Below are positions 37,501 through 50,969 of a stretch of DNA of 64,000 nt, piece by piece. Source of the DNA: Takakia lepidozioides (lineage: Eukaryota > Plantae > Bryophyta). The notes beneath the pieces were generated by a model. That model searched no databases and was not told the DNA's origin. It was given only the letters and a program-made list of their open reading frames with translations. Location of the stretch: the NCBI GenBank assembly GCA_030704615.1, contig CM060734.1, positions 24,614,001-24,678,000 on the forward strand, given 5' to 3'. Position numbers and translations under genes: made by a program. The number at the start of each line of letters is the position of its first letter. Position 1 is the first letter of the stretch.

Positions 37501-40500
37501 TTGTGTGTGCAGGTGCCCCGTTTGCAATGTATTACTTTGAGGAAGCTATCTCAGCAAGATCTCCTGTCGTCTTTTGCAAGCACTCAAATGGCTCCGGAAC
37601 CTCTCACAGTAAGTTCTTCACACTTCCCCACCTTTTGTTTATTTTGCTCCTTACTGCTCTTGTAAGCTCTTTGGGTTTCTTGTGGTGTTTATAAAGTTTT
37701 TAGGTTTTTTTTCATAGTTCCTCTCTCTGGGCCTTTGGGCCTCCCAATATCTTTCTTTTTTCCTTCCTTTTTGTGATAAAATGAGAGCATTCAGATGAGG
37801 GAGAGATTGTACTCATAAGACGTTGTTTGCCGTAGCCTTGTGGCCATTGACCCCGCGCCCAGTTTGAGCGGGAACAAAAGGGACAGAACCTACCTCTGTC
37901 AGGGGCTGACGTTGGTAGTAAGACTTACCTTCATATATAGAATTAATCCGGGTTTTCCAGATATCCTCTAGAAATCCCTTCACACAAGCATCAATCTGCT
38001 GTGTGTGATTTGCCCAAAAACTAGGCCTCAGGAGGGCCTGGGCTTTTGGCTCAGCCTCGAGACTTTCAAAGTTGGTAAACAGGGGTACAGGCACAATTCC
38101 CTTGATAGATTTGAAGAGAGCGTCTCTTTGGTGAGAGAACCCCGGACAGTGTATCAGAAAATGAATACTGTCTTCAGATTGCCCACACAACGGGCAATTG
38201 CACTCTCCCTTTCCTCTCTGCCTCTGTTTGCTGTTCAAAGGTAGGATTCCTGCCCTGAGTTTGAATTTCAGTCTAGTGCCGAGAGTGGGTAGACCCTTGA
38301 GGTCATCCAAGATGTCCTCCCCCATGTCACTGACTGGAAACAAGTTCAGGGAAGTTTTCTGCCTAACTTCATTTTCATCAGACAATCTCATGGCAACAGA
38401 CATGGCTTTGGACACTACAGTCTCTAAGTCAGATTTATCCAGCAGGGTCAAGACTTGCGGATCCAGGTCCAGGTCCTTGAGAATCTCTTCTACTCTCTTC
38501 TGCCAGGACTTAGCCTGTTTGACAGGGCGGTCCTGTTTCCAAGATATAGAGTCGATGAACTTAGGATATCTGGTGTTGGGCATATGTTGCAGCTGACCCC
38601 ACCATCTGACCTTGAATTCATCTCGTCGGGAGCTTAAGGATGGAATGCCAAACTCACCCCGAACAGCCACATTGGCTGTTTTGGAGCATGCTGACATACA
38701 CTCCTTAAGCACCCCCACTTGAATGGAGATCACTTCCTCCCTCTCCTCTGTCGTTGAATGCTACCACTGCACATTTGCTGACATGAGGGAGAGAGAAAGT
38801 GAGAGAGAATCCTTTTCTGTATATTACAAGAGTACTTGTTAATGTTATCTTCCTAGGTTCTATCCTAAGGAAGATGACTCTTCATAAGGAAGAGTCACAT
38901 CTGTTCAGATATGAACTGTCACAACTGTAGAATGAAGTGCTTCCTAATCTAAATTAGGTCTAACACTCCCACTTAGGAAGCATCATCCTCAGCTTCTCCT
39001 CCAAACAACCCTAACTTCTTAAGAAGATAGGAGTGTTTAACAAAGCCAAAGCCAAGTGGCTTTGTGAGGATGTCAGCCACCATGTCCGCAGTAGGGCAGT
39101 AAAGAACAAGGACCTGTTTGTTGAGAACTTGTTCGTGGATGTAGTGGAATTGTATGTCGATATGCTTAGTCCTATCGTGAAACTTAGTAGTGTCAATCAG
39201 AGCAATAGCACTCTGATTATCACAAAAGATAGTTGTGGGATCAGTGGCATTTAGAAATCCAAGGTCTTGGAGTAGATGTCGGAGCCAAATAGCTTCGGTG
39301 CTAGCTTTTGTCAAGGCCATGTACTCGGCGTCTGTGCTAGACAAGGCAATGGCCCGTTGCTTGCGACTGGCCCAGGTAATAACACCAGCAGAAAGAATAA
39401 AAGTGTATCCAGAGGTGGAATGTCTAGAATCGAGATTGCCACCCCAATCAGCATCAGAAAACCCATAAAGAGGGCGAGGCTGAAGAACGCGAGTGTATTG
39501 GAGATAGAGATATAGAGTGCCCTTGACGTATCGAAAGATACACTTTAACGGCAGTCCAATGGGGGCGACCAGGATTAGACATAAATTGGGCCACAACTCC
39601 CACTGGATAGGAAAGGTCGGGCCTGGTGCAAACCATGGCCCACATTAATGAGCCACAAGCAGATTTGTAAGGAACAGTAAGCATGAATTGTTTAGCCTCG
39701 TCAGTGGTACGAGAATCGTGGGTAGAGAGATGAAGGCCCAGTTCCATAGGGGTGCGAAGTGGTTTGCTATCTTGCATATTAAATTCCTTAAGCTTTTGAA
39801 GGAGATACCACTTCTGAGAGAGTCGTATCCAGCCAGCAACTCTGTCCCGGGTAACTTCATGACCAACACAATGGTGGACTTCCCCTAAGTCGGTCATCTC
39901 AAACTCCTTGAGACAGTCTTTCAAATAAGTAAGAAGAGAGAGACTGTTGCTTGTGATATTAGTGTCGTCCACATAAAGGGCTAAGATCCCAAAATCAGGG
40001 TGTTTATCATAAATGTAGACATTGGAATCAGCCGTAGAGCGAACAAAACCTATTTTAAGAAGGAAAGTATCAGTACGTTGATACCACATGCGAGAGGACT
40101 GTTTGAGTCCATAGATAGAGTGATGTAACTTGCAAGCTCGTTGGAGATCCCCGGCACCTTCAAGGCCATCGGGAATCTGCATATAAATGTCTTCGTCCAA
40201 TATCCCATTAAGGAATGCAGTTTCGACATCTAACTGGTGGACATGAAGATCATATTGAGCCACAAGTGCGAGAATAACCCGAATGGAAGCAATCTTCACC
40301 ACAGGAGAGAATGTCTCATGGTAGTCCACTCCGTAGGATTGTGTAAAGCCCTTGGCCACTAACCTTGCTTTGTAGCGTGCAATGGAACCGTCAGGATGCA
40401 TCTTTAGCTTGTAGACCCATTTGCATCCTACAGCTTGGCGTCCAGAAGGAAGAGCTGTAATGGTCCAAGTATGATTTCGCTCCATAGAGAGAAGCTCATC

Positions 40501-43500
40501 TTGCATAGCAGCTTGCCATTGAGGGGCATCTGGTCTGGAAAGGGCTTGATTATAAGTCGTGGGCTCAGTGAGGTCAACATAGTAAGTGAAGAAAGCGTGC
40601 TTCTTAGGGGTGGTAGGTTGAGCTAGACTGGATGGGGGTGAATAGGGTGTGGTTGGTATCCTGATTCTGGTACTTCTGTGAGGGGGAAGAGGAGACGGAG
40701 GACGAGAGCTGGGAAGAGAGGTGGATTCAGTAGCTTGGGTAGTAGAAGTACCTTGGGTAGTAGGCCGTCTAGAATATGTCTTTAGAACAACCTGAGGCGG
40801 TGTGCCAGGAGGGGTAGGTAAGATGGGAGGAGCTACTGCTCCCACTGGAGGTGCAGGGTAGGGTGGTGGAACAATTGTATTAGGATAGGGTTGAAAGAAA
40901 GTCAGCTCTTGCTGCAATTCTTCATCTGTAAGGCCATCAGCATTGAAAGATTCAGGGTTGACAAGAGATGAAGTAACATCTTCTAGAAATTGGACGTCAC
41001 GAGAAATAATAACCCTGCGATCAGACTTACGCTCCAGCTTATAAGCTTTAGAGGACTCACTATAACCTAAGAAGCGACATTCGATACTCCTAGGATCTAG
41101 CTTAGTACGAGTCTGTTCATGGACATGAGCAAAAGCAGTGCAGCCAAATACTCTCATATGAGATATGTCAGGTTTAGAATGATGCCATAGCTCATAAGGA
41201 GTTTTGTCTGGCGGTAAAGCTACGGTTGGAATACGATTGTTGACGTAAGTGGCTGTAATCAGGGACTCTCCCCAATATGACTTGGAGAGATGAGCATGAA
41301 AGATGGTAGATCGCACCATCTTCATGAGGGTTTGATTCATGCGCTCTGCAAGACCATTATGTTGAGGGGTATGAGGAACTGTCAACTGCCTATGTATCCC
41401 ATGCTGAGCACAGAAGTCAGTAAAGGCTTGCGAAATATATTCACCTCCATTGTCAGTTCAGAGAACCTGAACTGTTTTGTGGAGCTGATTTTCAGCATAG
41501 CTTTTCCACTCTTTGAAAGTGTGGAGAGCATGAGACTTCTTGCGTAATAAATACACCCTAGTGTAACGCGAGTAGTCATCAATTAAATCATAAAATAACG
41601 AAAACCAGAATGGGTTGCAGGTGTAAGAGGTCCACAGATGTCTGGGTGAACCAGACCTAGAAGCTTAGTAGCACGACTGGCACCATCCTTAGGGAAGGGC
41701 TTACGGTTGTGTTGGCCTTGGATACAAGACACACATGGGGAAAGTTTGGTCAGACTCATAGGAGCAATGCCCCGAACCATGTTGCCAGTGAACAGTTGGT
41801 GAAGCCGAGCTTGGCCAATATGGCCAAGACGGCAATGCCACACTTCAACAGGTGTGGCAGTAGATGCTGGGATGGCAACAATGGGAGGGGGAGGGCAGGA
41901 CTCACCAAGTTTGTAAAGATCATTTACTTGGGGACATTTGGCAATAAGCTGACCTTGGGAGTCGATAAGGGAACAAATTCCCCGGCGTAAAACCGTCTCA
42001 CCATTTGAAGAATCGAGGTGTTTGATGGAATAGAGGTTCTTGGTAAGGCCAGGGACATGAAGGACATTAGATACTATAATGGGCTCGCCATGAGGAAAGG
42101 TAACGTACACATCTCCTATACCAATTATAGATTGTGTCGAGTTGTCCCCTAAATAGACAACTTGAGCAGGATCTAGAGGAGTGTATGTATGAAAGTGTCT
42201 CCTATCATGGGCCATGTGGTCTGTGGCACCAGTATCAATGTACCAACTAGTATCCCTTGCAGGAGTAGGAGACAGCTGTGACCAGCAAGCGTCTAACAGT
42301 CTTTGGTCTGTCCAGAGTTTGAGCAGCTCGCTTTTCTGCAGCAATGCGCTTACAACAGTCCTTAATGACATGATTAGTCATCTTACAGTAGAAGCATTTT
42401 AAAGAACGCTTCCCATTAGAGCTAGAGGGCTGACTGGCAAACTGGACAGGGGATACAGTCGAGGTAGAAGGTCGACCTCCTCCTCGAGTGAACCCCCGCT
42501 TTTGGGTGTATAATAAAGTGGCAGCAGGTTCAGGATCATCATGTTTCATCATGGTCTCCTCCTGTAGTAGATAAGTGATCAGCTGTGTAAGGGTAAGAGC
42601 CTGATTTCCTCTTAAGGCTGTTAAGAAATTACGATATGAAGGTGGCATACTACGCATCAAGGATATAACAGCCTCCTCGTTAGATACCCTAGAACCAGCA
42701 GAGCTAAGTTGATCTAACAAAGCTCGAAAAGCATGAATATGCTTAGTAAGGCTAGCTCCCTCCTTGAACTTTAGAGTGACAAGCTGATCCTTAATATACA
42801 TCTTGGTCACCGTGTCTTGCGCATCATGTAGATTGTTAAGTGTTGTCCATGCTTCTGGAGTGATGGTAAAAGCTGTAACATGACTTATCTGGCTATTATC
42901 TAGGCAATTAAGAAGATATGATAACGCTATGTTATTTTGGTTATCCCATTCTGTCTTGCTGCCAGCGCCAGTAGCAGGAGTATGCACAACTGCTCCTCCT
43001 GCAGCTGGGATGGGTGTGGTGGGTCTTGGCACTGTGCCATCAACAACACCTTGCATTTTCTCAGCTCTTAGAAACATTAGGAACCTATGTTTCCACACAT
43101 GGAAATAAGTTCCATCGAATTTGGGAAGGTCCGTGACCTTTAAGCCTGACATCTTCCCAACGATCTGTTGACTTCACAATGAAATCAACAGAGCTGTTTT
43201 TAGAACTTCTTCCTCTTCAGAAGAACTAATACGAACCCGGCTACGCTGATCTTAAAGTGCTTTATTTTTCAAAGCAGCTTGCTCGAATTATATTTCAGTT
43301 TTGTTGTGCTTCTGACAAGCACCTAAAAGATAAATGAATAAGTGAGATCCTATGGTTCGAGGCGTCCCCCGTTCCGCAGGAGTCGAGGCGTCCCTCGACT
43401 ACTGTGGATCCCACTAGACACTTTAGTTGGTTTCACAGGATGGCTCTGATACCATGTGATAAAATGAGAGCATTCAGATGAGGGAGAGAGAAAGTGAGAG

Positions 43501-46500
43501 AGAATCCTTTTCTGTATATTACAAGAGTACTTGTTAATGTTATCTTCCTAGGTTCTATCCTAAGGAAGATGACTCTTCATAAGGAAGAGTCACATCTGTT
43601 CAGATATGAACTGTCACAACTGTAGGATGAAGTGCTTCCTAATCTAAATTAGGTCTAACACTTTTTCTCTTATGGAACTATATGTCGGGAGAACTTGGAA
43701 GCTACCCAATCTCACGACAAAGCTCCATTTCTATCGAGAGACATTCTTGGTTCTCCGAGATGATAGAATCTTGTGGCCCAATTACCTTTCGGCATCTTTA
43801 TCTCCTTCCCTCCTGAGGGGTGGGCTCCCACAACCTACGGATAGAGACTGGCAGATGAGAAAACCTGCAATGGGAGGACTGCCTATGTCCAGCTTGCACA
43901 GGGCGCAACCGGGAAATTGAAACTGAAGAACACTTCTTCTATTGCCCTCTATACTACGAAATCCGTGGGAGATTCCACTGTCTATTCTGCGGAACCCAAT
44001 CTCTCACTGAAGTCTTCCACTATGAGGGTCAGAAATGCTTGGCAGCTTGCCTGCACGAGGCCTTCACCCTTAGACTATCACTCGAGCAATAGTTTTTATT
44101 TTTGGCTCTGGTTTTGTTTCCTCTCATGTTTTCTTCCATTTTGTCCCATAAGCTCTATGAGCTTTCCGTGGACGTTATAAAGCACCATTTCATTTCATTT
44201 CTCTGTTGTCCCATACGACCCTGGGATGTTATAATGTCTTTTTTTGCTTCCTTTCCAGTGCTTCCCTACTGCCACAAAATACAGATGGTGTGGAAATTGT
44301 GTCCAAAGAGGACCACAATAGAGCATCAGACGAGAACTTCTGGAATTTCACATCAGGCAGACGTGGAAACCAGCCAATCTTACATCAAAACTGCAGTTCT
44401 ATCCGGAGACATTCTTGGTCCTCCGTGATGATAGAATCTTGCGGCCCAATTACGTGTCTGCAGCTCTATCTCCCTCTATGGTCAGGGTAGCTCCCACAGT
44501 CTGCGTATAGAGACTGGTAGGTGGTACAACCTGCAGCGTGGTCCACCTACGCCCCGCTTGCTTTGTGAACAACAGGGAAATCGAAAGTGAAGAACATTTC
44601 TTCTTTCGCTTCCCTTTCTACTATGGGATCCATGGGATATTCAATTGTCTGATACCCATCTCTCACGGAGGTCTTTCACTACAAGGATCAGAAATGCTTG
44701 GCAGCTAAAGTGCTTGAGGCATTGACTCTTAGAGAATCCCTTGAGAAGTAGTTGCTTTTGAGCTGCTTGTAGAGGCCCCCTCTCTTGCTTGTTTCTTTCT
44801 TTCTGTTCCCATAAGCTCTTTGAGCTTTCCCGGATTATAAAGTACCATTTCATTTCTTTTGTTCTACTTTGTCCCATAAACCCTTGGACGTTACAGTGTT
44901 TTTCTTTTTCCTTTCTTTTTTGCTGGCATGCACTACCTCTTCTATGCTGTACTTTGCTTGATGTAAAGAAGGGACAGCAGAGAAGAGAGACAGACAAGCA
45001 GTGATACAGATGCATGCAGATTCGCAGTGACAAATGCTGCACTACGTCTCTATAACTCTACCTTTGAAACTCACTACAGTATCCTTGGCAGAACTTCTAG
45101 GTCTAACAGTGAGGGGTCTTCTGCTGAATGGAGGGACACAGTTGGAAAAACTGTTCCTATGATTCAAAACAGCCCTGATGAACTGGAGTATATTTCAATG
45201 GCTTATAACGCTCCCATTAGTTCTTCTGAGATTGTGGAAGCAATTGAACATTTAAATGGATATAAAGCTGGTGGACCTGATGGTATTGTCAACGAGCTTA
45301 TCAAGCACGGTGGCGATCCCATGATAGAGGCCCTAGTTCTCCTCTTTAACCTTATCTGGAAGACTGAAATGATCCCCTTCCGCTGGCGACAGGGGGTCAT
45401 TGTCAATCTATACAAGAAGGGTGACAGAGAAGAACCGGGGAACTACCGTGGCATCACGCTCCTCAATGCTGTTGGCAAGACATTCTGCAGAGTTATAAGT
45501 ACTCGTCTCGAGGTTGATCTGGAGTCTAGAGGTTGTTTCCACAAAGGCCAAGCTGGCTTTCGGCGAAACAGGGGCTGTGTGGATCATATCTTCACTCTAA
45601 GCCAGATTATCCAGGGAAGGAAAAAAGAAGGGAAACCCACTTTTGTTTTTTTCCTGGATGTCAAAAAGGCTTATGACACAGTGTGGAGAGATGGCCTATG
45701 GTTCCGCCTCTGGTCTTGTGGGATCAAGGGAAAGATGTGGAGAGTTGTCCACAACTTGTATGCTCACACCAAAAGCTGTGTCACTGTTAACGGACAGAAG
45801 TCCAACTTCTTTGACATAGACCAAGGTGTAGCTCAAGGATGTACTCTCTCCCCTCTGCTCTTCAATGTTTTCATCAATCAACTCCTCGAGGATGTGGAAA
45901 GTGAGGGATTTGGGTTAAGGGTGGGTGATACCACCATACCAGCCCTTATGTTTGCGGATGACTTCGCAGGCATAGGGGAGACTCCAACCAATCTCCAGGA
46001 GTTGATTGATTGCGCGAAGAGATACTTTGATCTTTGGGGGTTAGAGGCTAATGTCAGCAAATGTGCAGTGGTAGCATTCAACGACAGAGGAGAGGGAGGA
46101 AGTGATCTTAAGTGGCAGTGGGGTAGCCAAGAGATCCCGGTCCTCCCTTCCTACACTTACCTAGGCGTTGAGTTTTCCTCTAATTGTAATTGGGATGCAC
46201 ATAAACGGAAAGTTGTTCAGACTGGCAAGGGCAAAGCTCTGGGGCTCACTAAATTTTTCCACTGCAGAGGGGTCAACTCTGAGGTTAAGAAAACCATGCT
46301 TTGTCGCGTTATTAGACCTGCCTTGGAGTACGGATCTGCAATATGGGTTGATAACTCCAACCAGGCTAAGTCTCTAGAATCCATTCAAGTGGGGGTGCTT
46401 AAGGAGTGTATGTCAGCATGCTCCAAAACAGCCAATGTGGCTGTTCGGGGTGAGTTTGGCATTCCGTCCTTAAGCTCCCGACGAGATGAATTCAAGGTCA

Positions 46501-49500
46501 GATGGTGGGGTCAGCTGCAACATATGTCCAACACCAGATATCCTAAGTTCATCATTAATTCTATATATGAAGGTAAGTCTTACTACCAACGTCAGCCCCT
46601 GACAGAGGTAGGTTCTGTCCCTTTTGTTCCCGCTCAAACTGGGCGCGGGGTCAATGGCCACAAGGCTACGGCAAACAACGTCTTATGAGTACAATCTATA
46701 ACTTGTTAAGGCTTATGACACAGTGCGGAGAGATGGCCTATGGCTCCACCTCTAGTCTTGTGGGATCAAGGGAAAGATGTGGAGAGTTGTCCATAACTTG
46801 TATGCTCACACCAAAAACTGTGTCACTGTTAATGGATAGAAGTCCAACTTCTTTGACATAGACCAAGGTGTAGCTCAAGGATGTACTCTCTCCCTCTGCT
46901 CTTCAATGTTTTCATCAATCAACTCCTCGAGGATGTGGAAAGTGAGGGATTTGGGTTAAGGGTGGGTGATACCACCATACCAGCCCTTATGTTTGCGGAT
47001 GACTTCGCAGGCATAGGGGAGACTCCAACCAATCTCCAGGAGTTGATTGATTGCGCGAAGAGATACTTTGATCTTTGGGGGCTAGAGGCTAACGTCAGCA
47101 AATGTGCAGTGGTAGCATTCAACGACAGAGGAGAGGGAGGAAGTGATCTCAAGTGGCAGTGGGGTAGCCAAGAGATCCCGGTCCTCCCTTCCTACACTTA
47201 CCTGGGTGTTGAGTTTTCCTCCAATTGTAATTGGGATGCACATAAACGGAAAGTTGTTCAAACTGGCAAGGGCAAATCTCTGGGTCTCACTAAATTTTTC
47301 CACTGCAGAGGGGTCAACTCTGAGGTTAAGAAAACCATGCTTTGTCGCGTTATTAGACCTGCCTTGGAGTACGGATCTGCACTATGGGTTGATAACTCCA
47401 ACCAGGCTAAGTCTCTAGCATCCATTCAAGTGGGGGTGCTTAGGGAGTGCATGTCAGCATGCTCCAAAACAGCCAATGTGGCTGTTCGGGGTGAGTTTGG
47501 CATCCCGTCCTTAAGCTCCCGACGAGATGAATTCAAGGTCAGATGGTGGGGTCAGCTGCAACATGTCCAACACCAGATATATGTTGGAAACAGGACCGCC
47601 CTATCAAACAGGCTAAGTCCTGGCAGAAGAGAGTAGAAGAGATCCTCAAGGACCTGGATCTGGATCCACAAGTCTTGACCCTGCTGGATAAATCTGACTT
47701 CGAGGCTGTAGTGTCCAAAGCCATGTCTGTTGCCATGAAATTGTCTGATGAAAATGAAGTTAGGCAGAAAACTTCCCTGAACTTGTTTCCAGTCTGTGAC
47801 ATGGTGGGGGGGACATCTTGGATGACCTCAAGGGTCTACCCACTCTCGGCACTAGACTGAAATTTAAGCTCAGGGCAGGAAGCCTACCTTTGAACAGCAA
47901 ACAGAAGCAGAGAGGAATGGGAGAGTGCAATTGCCCGTTGTGTGGGCAACCTGAAGACAATATTCATTTTCTGAAACACTGTCCGGGGTTCTCTCACCAA
48001 AGGGACGCTCTCCTCAAATCTATCAAGGGAATTGTGCCTGTTCCTCTGTTTACTAACTTTGAAAGTCTCGAGGCTGAGCCAAAAGCCCAGGCCCTTCTGA
48101 GGCCTAGTTTTTGGGCAAATCACACACAGCAGATTGATGCTTGGGTGAAGGGATTTCTAGAGGATATCTGAAAACCCGGATCAATTTTTTGTATCAAGGT
48201 AAGTCTTACTACCAACGTCAGCCCCTGACAGACGTAGGTTCTGTCCCTTTGTGTTCCGCTCAAACTGGGCGCGGGGGTCAATGGCCACAAGGCTATGGCA
48301 AACAACGTCTTATGAGTACATTCTATAACTTGTTAATGTGTCTGGTCTTGCTAGATGGACCCAAAAGCAGCTCAACAAGCCAGGCTTTCACTTTTGGAGG
48401 GCCTCAGGAATGTAGTGGGTGGGGACTCACTGGCAGCTCAGTACCTTCTGTTGCACTTGCTATCCCAGGTAATCCCATATGTGATGAACATGGTGATGCC
48501 TTAATGTTGTGAAATTCAGTGAATAGGTCCCTGATCTGCCATGCCAACCACTGTCTGGAGGTGCTCCCTTGAGTTCTTTGTGCTAAACCTACTCATCATT
48601 GTATAACAGTCCACTTCATGTTGCAAGAGCTGGGTGGTGTTAGAATAGCGGTTGTTAGGTCTGAAAGTGGCACCAAAAATCACCAATGGATAAAGATGCT
48701 GAGGTTGGGATACTTCATCGAAACTGTCCTAGTCTACATATGCATTTGGTGGTTTCTTTCATCAGGCCACTGTTGTGATATGTTGTTTCCTATGTGTTAC
48801 TCCAGGAAGTGGCTGGAACACAATGGGACAATAGACTCCATGTTTATTGGATGGTGTGCCACTGATGCATTCTGGAAAGCTTAATTTTGCACTGCTGCAT
48901 CATACAGGTGCATGCACGAGTGGACTCCATTCCCCTGGGAAAGCTCTCCCTCAACATGACAGGCTGCCATCCAGGAATGCCTGGCTCCCCATCTTCTTTG
49001 GGTGTTGGTATAGCAGACACCATATCCAAACTTCTGCAACGCTCCCATCTCATGCCCCTGTCCATTCATTCTCTGAATTTGGCATCCATCACTCCCCGAA
49101 AAGATTATGCTTCTAATAGGTGAGCTTCTCATGAGAACTGCTTTTCTGTGTCTACCCCATTCTGCCTATATATCAAACATGGGATATGTACAGGATTCAT
49201 CCACAAACTTCAGTAATCTGCATCATGTCGCAGGCTTGTGACAGGGGCATTGCAACTACCGGAGGGAACTCACTTAACTCTTGATGAGACAGCCTTGGAA
49301 GCAGGCACACTCACTTCAACTGGTGTTCAAAATTTGGAGAGCTTGAAGTGTCTTCTGCAGTGGCAAAAAGTGAGACATCATTCTGTCGCTCTAAAGGTCT
49401 AGTGACAATATGCAGAAATCCAATGAAATGAAATGGTACTTTATAACGTCCGCGGAAAGCTCATAGAGAGAGGGCAACTCTCACCTGGGTACAGGAAGGG

Positions 49501-50969
49501 TGGGAGGGTGTTTAGTAGGCTGTCACCCACAAAGCATTTGCCCATTAAGCCAGATCAGACAGGGGGTGCAGTTTTTCCTTGAGGAATGGGTGGGGAAGAG
49601 ACAAGATATGAGGGTGCTTTGAATCAAAGCCAGGAGTAAAGTACTAACATCCAATGGATCCTCTATGTAAAGCCTGCTGTCTAGTCAGGCAGTCACCACT
49701 CAACAAACTCCTCGTCATCCCTACTTCCATAATCACTGATTGATCCAGGTTGAGTGATCACTGATCCAGGTTGAGTACGATTTCCACTATCACAAGATGG
49801 AGATGCTGACCAATTTGCCAGTGCTCGTTCTTTCACAGGTAAAACTGCACTGTCTGTATCACTTCTTTTTACTCTAATCATAGAGGCTGTTGGAAAATTT
49901 CAGAGCCCACATTTTTGAGCTTAATGCTTAGGGAATTAGAAACACTACTAACTCAGCCATTGAAATTGAAAGATGCAATGCATGAATAACAAATCAGTGG
50001 GTCCAGACGTGAGCAAGGCCCAGGATCTTGCATGAGGGGGCTCTCATACTTCCATCTTTATCATGCACTTGTGTGTGGCCAGGCTACGTCTAGGATGCTG
50101 CCAGCAGATGCCATTGTTCCCCTCAGATCGACCGGTCCCCCTTCACCCCTTCTTGCAGACGAATCAGATTTTGCCAAGTGGCGGGTCTATCTTACAGTTG
50201 TAAGAGACATGCCGCACTCCCTACAGGCCCCAATACAGCAGGTGATCTGCCTACCACAGGAGTCTTATGTTTGCTCTGTTGTTTTTATCGTTTGGCGTCC
50301 AAGTAAATGTTGATGCCTTTGGCATTTCTTTGCAGATGGTGGAGGACGATCTGGTGGCAGCCAGGCAACAGGACCGATCTCTTGGCCCTGAAACTTTCCA
50401 TAGGTGTGTACAGAAAGGTCGCCTTTGTTTACCCAACTTCAAACAAGATTTGAGTGTGAAGACATTAGTCATTGCAGCTTTGAAACTTCCCCTTTAATTC
50501 TTTTGTCACCAGTACAGCGAGAATGGGTCTCAACAGTTGCCTACTTGCATTGTGCCCAACAGCTGTGCAAGGAATACGTGTAGTGATGACATCCAAAGGC
50601 TCAAGGCATTCTAAGTCAAACTGAAAAGTCAATTTATAGGACATGAAAGAGTTAAACATGCTAAGGACAACGAAGAATGAGAAAGGGAGAAGGGGTTGGG
50701 GTGATGGATTGAAGTTTCCATACTTTTGACTTTTGGCACAGCTCTATGCCAATGCTCGCTCTATGGTTGTCATTTAAGAGGCAGAGGAAACAGCGATCGT
50801 CATCAAATAATTGAGAGGGTTGGATGCCAGGTGGCTGACAATGGCAAGGTTGATGGCGGCGAGCTTCTTTGAGCCTACATTGTTGCCGGAGCACTGGCAC
50901 ATGGTGCGTGATTTGGAGCGCTGTTGTGCTGAGCGACTGAACCATAGCCAATCCCCTCTCTCTTCATAA
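31558..50969 (+). CDS. ETG1: Mini-chromosome maintenance complex-binding protein (MCM-BP / E2F target gene 1), 16 exons, about 647 aa
   Basis: GT-AG exons joined in frame: 31558-31725, 32002-32070, 32542-32586, 33703-33810, 34262-34396, 34534-34617 (least certain), 34950-35105, 37170-37355, 37513-37608, 48355-48468, 48908-49119, 49234-49369, 49770-49838, 50083-50241, 50336-50403, 50831-50969. Motifs: MGGPPVDCLGNPLGAVR, LVRFRGMVQDM, YCVPVPGEN, PCLVKVYD, LKLNDVVEF, AAQYLLLHLLS, GKLSLN, LDETAL, VEYDF, WLTMARL. Confidence 0.95.
32620..33655 (+). mobile_element. RTE/RTEX-like LINE family 1: 3' fragment plus three further stacked tails (intron 3)
   Basis: C-terminal FRVGSHSL.IETGR...CPAC...ETEEHFFFYC, and four copies of CTTTCCGCGGACGTTATAAAGTAC(CATTT)n. 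Confidence 0.85.
34113..34180 (+). mobile_element. RTE-like family 2, 3' tail only
   Basis: GGCCACAAGGCTACGGCAAAC...CTTATCAGTACA matches the 3' end of 45058-46694. Confidence 0.8.
35128..36160 (+). mobile_element. Stack of four truncated RTE-like insertions separated by (CT)n (intron 7)
   Basis: Family 1 tail at about 35128-35160, and family 2 pieces at about 35172-35236, 35256-35603 and 35630-36160. Confidence 0.85.
36495..37040. mobile_element. MITE with CAGCCCTTT TIRs (hAT-like)
   Basis: CAGCCCTTTCTTTT...AAAAAAAGGGCTG, near-TSD (T/C)ACTGAC, and internal ATTGGACAATCCAACT repeats. Confidence 0.7.
37807..38782 (-). mobile_element. RTE-like family 2 LINE, 5'-truncated, inserted in the Copia 3' LTR
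   Basis: 12-bp TSD ATGAGGGAGAGA (37795-37806 and 38783-38794); 306 aa ORF with CPLC...HFLIHC. Confidence 0.92.
38973..43152 (-). pseudogene. Copia gag-pol polyprotein (frameshifted)
   Basis: Gag with CFYCKMTNHVIKDC, protease WYIDTGATDHM, WHCRLGH, integrase, RT YKARLVAKGF/LYVDD, and RNase H SDADWGG/TKHIDI. Confidence 0.95.
43670..44855 (+). mobile_element. Two degraded RTE-like family 1 3' fragments
   Basis: Similar to 32650-33210; tails at about 44160-44200 and 44820-44855. Confidence 0.82.
45058..46694 (+). mobile_element. RTE-like family 2 LINE with RT domain, 5'-truncated, internal deletion
   Basis: KAGGPDGI, NYRGITL, QAGFR, FLDVKKAYDTV, GVAQGCTLSPLLF, FADD and YLG motifs; the Zn-finger region is deleted; flanked by TCTATAACT. 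Confidence 0.93.
46710..48321 (+). mobile_element. Second RTE-like family 2 LINE copy, in tandem
   Basis: RT C-terminal half plus Zn finger, frameshifted; TSD TCTATAACTTGTTAA (46695-46709 and 48322-48336). Confidence 0.93.
49422..49466 (-). mobile_element. RTE-like family 1, tail only
   Basis: Reverse complement of GAGCTTTCCGCGGACGTTATAAAGTACCATTTCATTTCATT. Confidence 0.85.

Larger units (their letters stand above)
37772..43660 (-). mobile_element. Full-length Ty1/Copia element in intron 9
   Basis: 206-bp LTRs (43455-43660, and 37772-38965 interrupted by a LINE), TSD CTTTT, iMet PBS at 43441-43454, PPT at 38966-38973. Confidence 0.96.
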
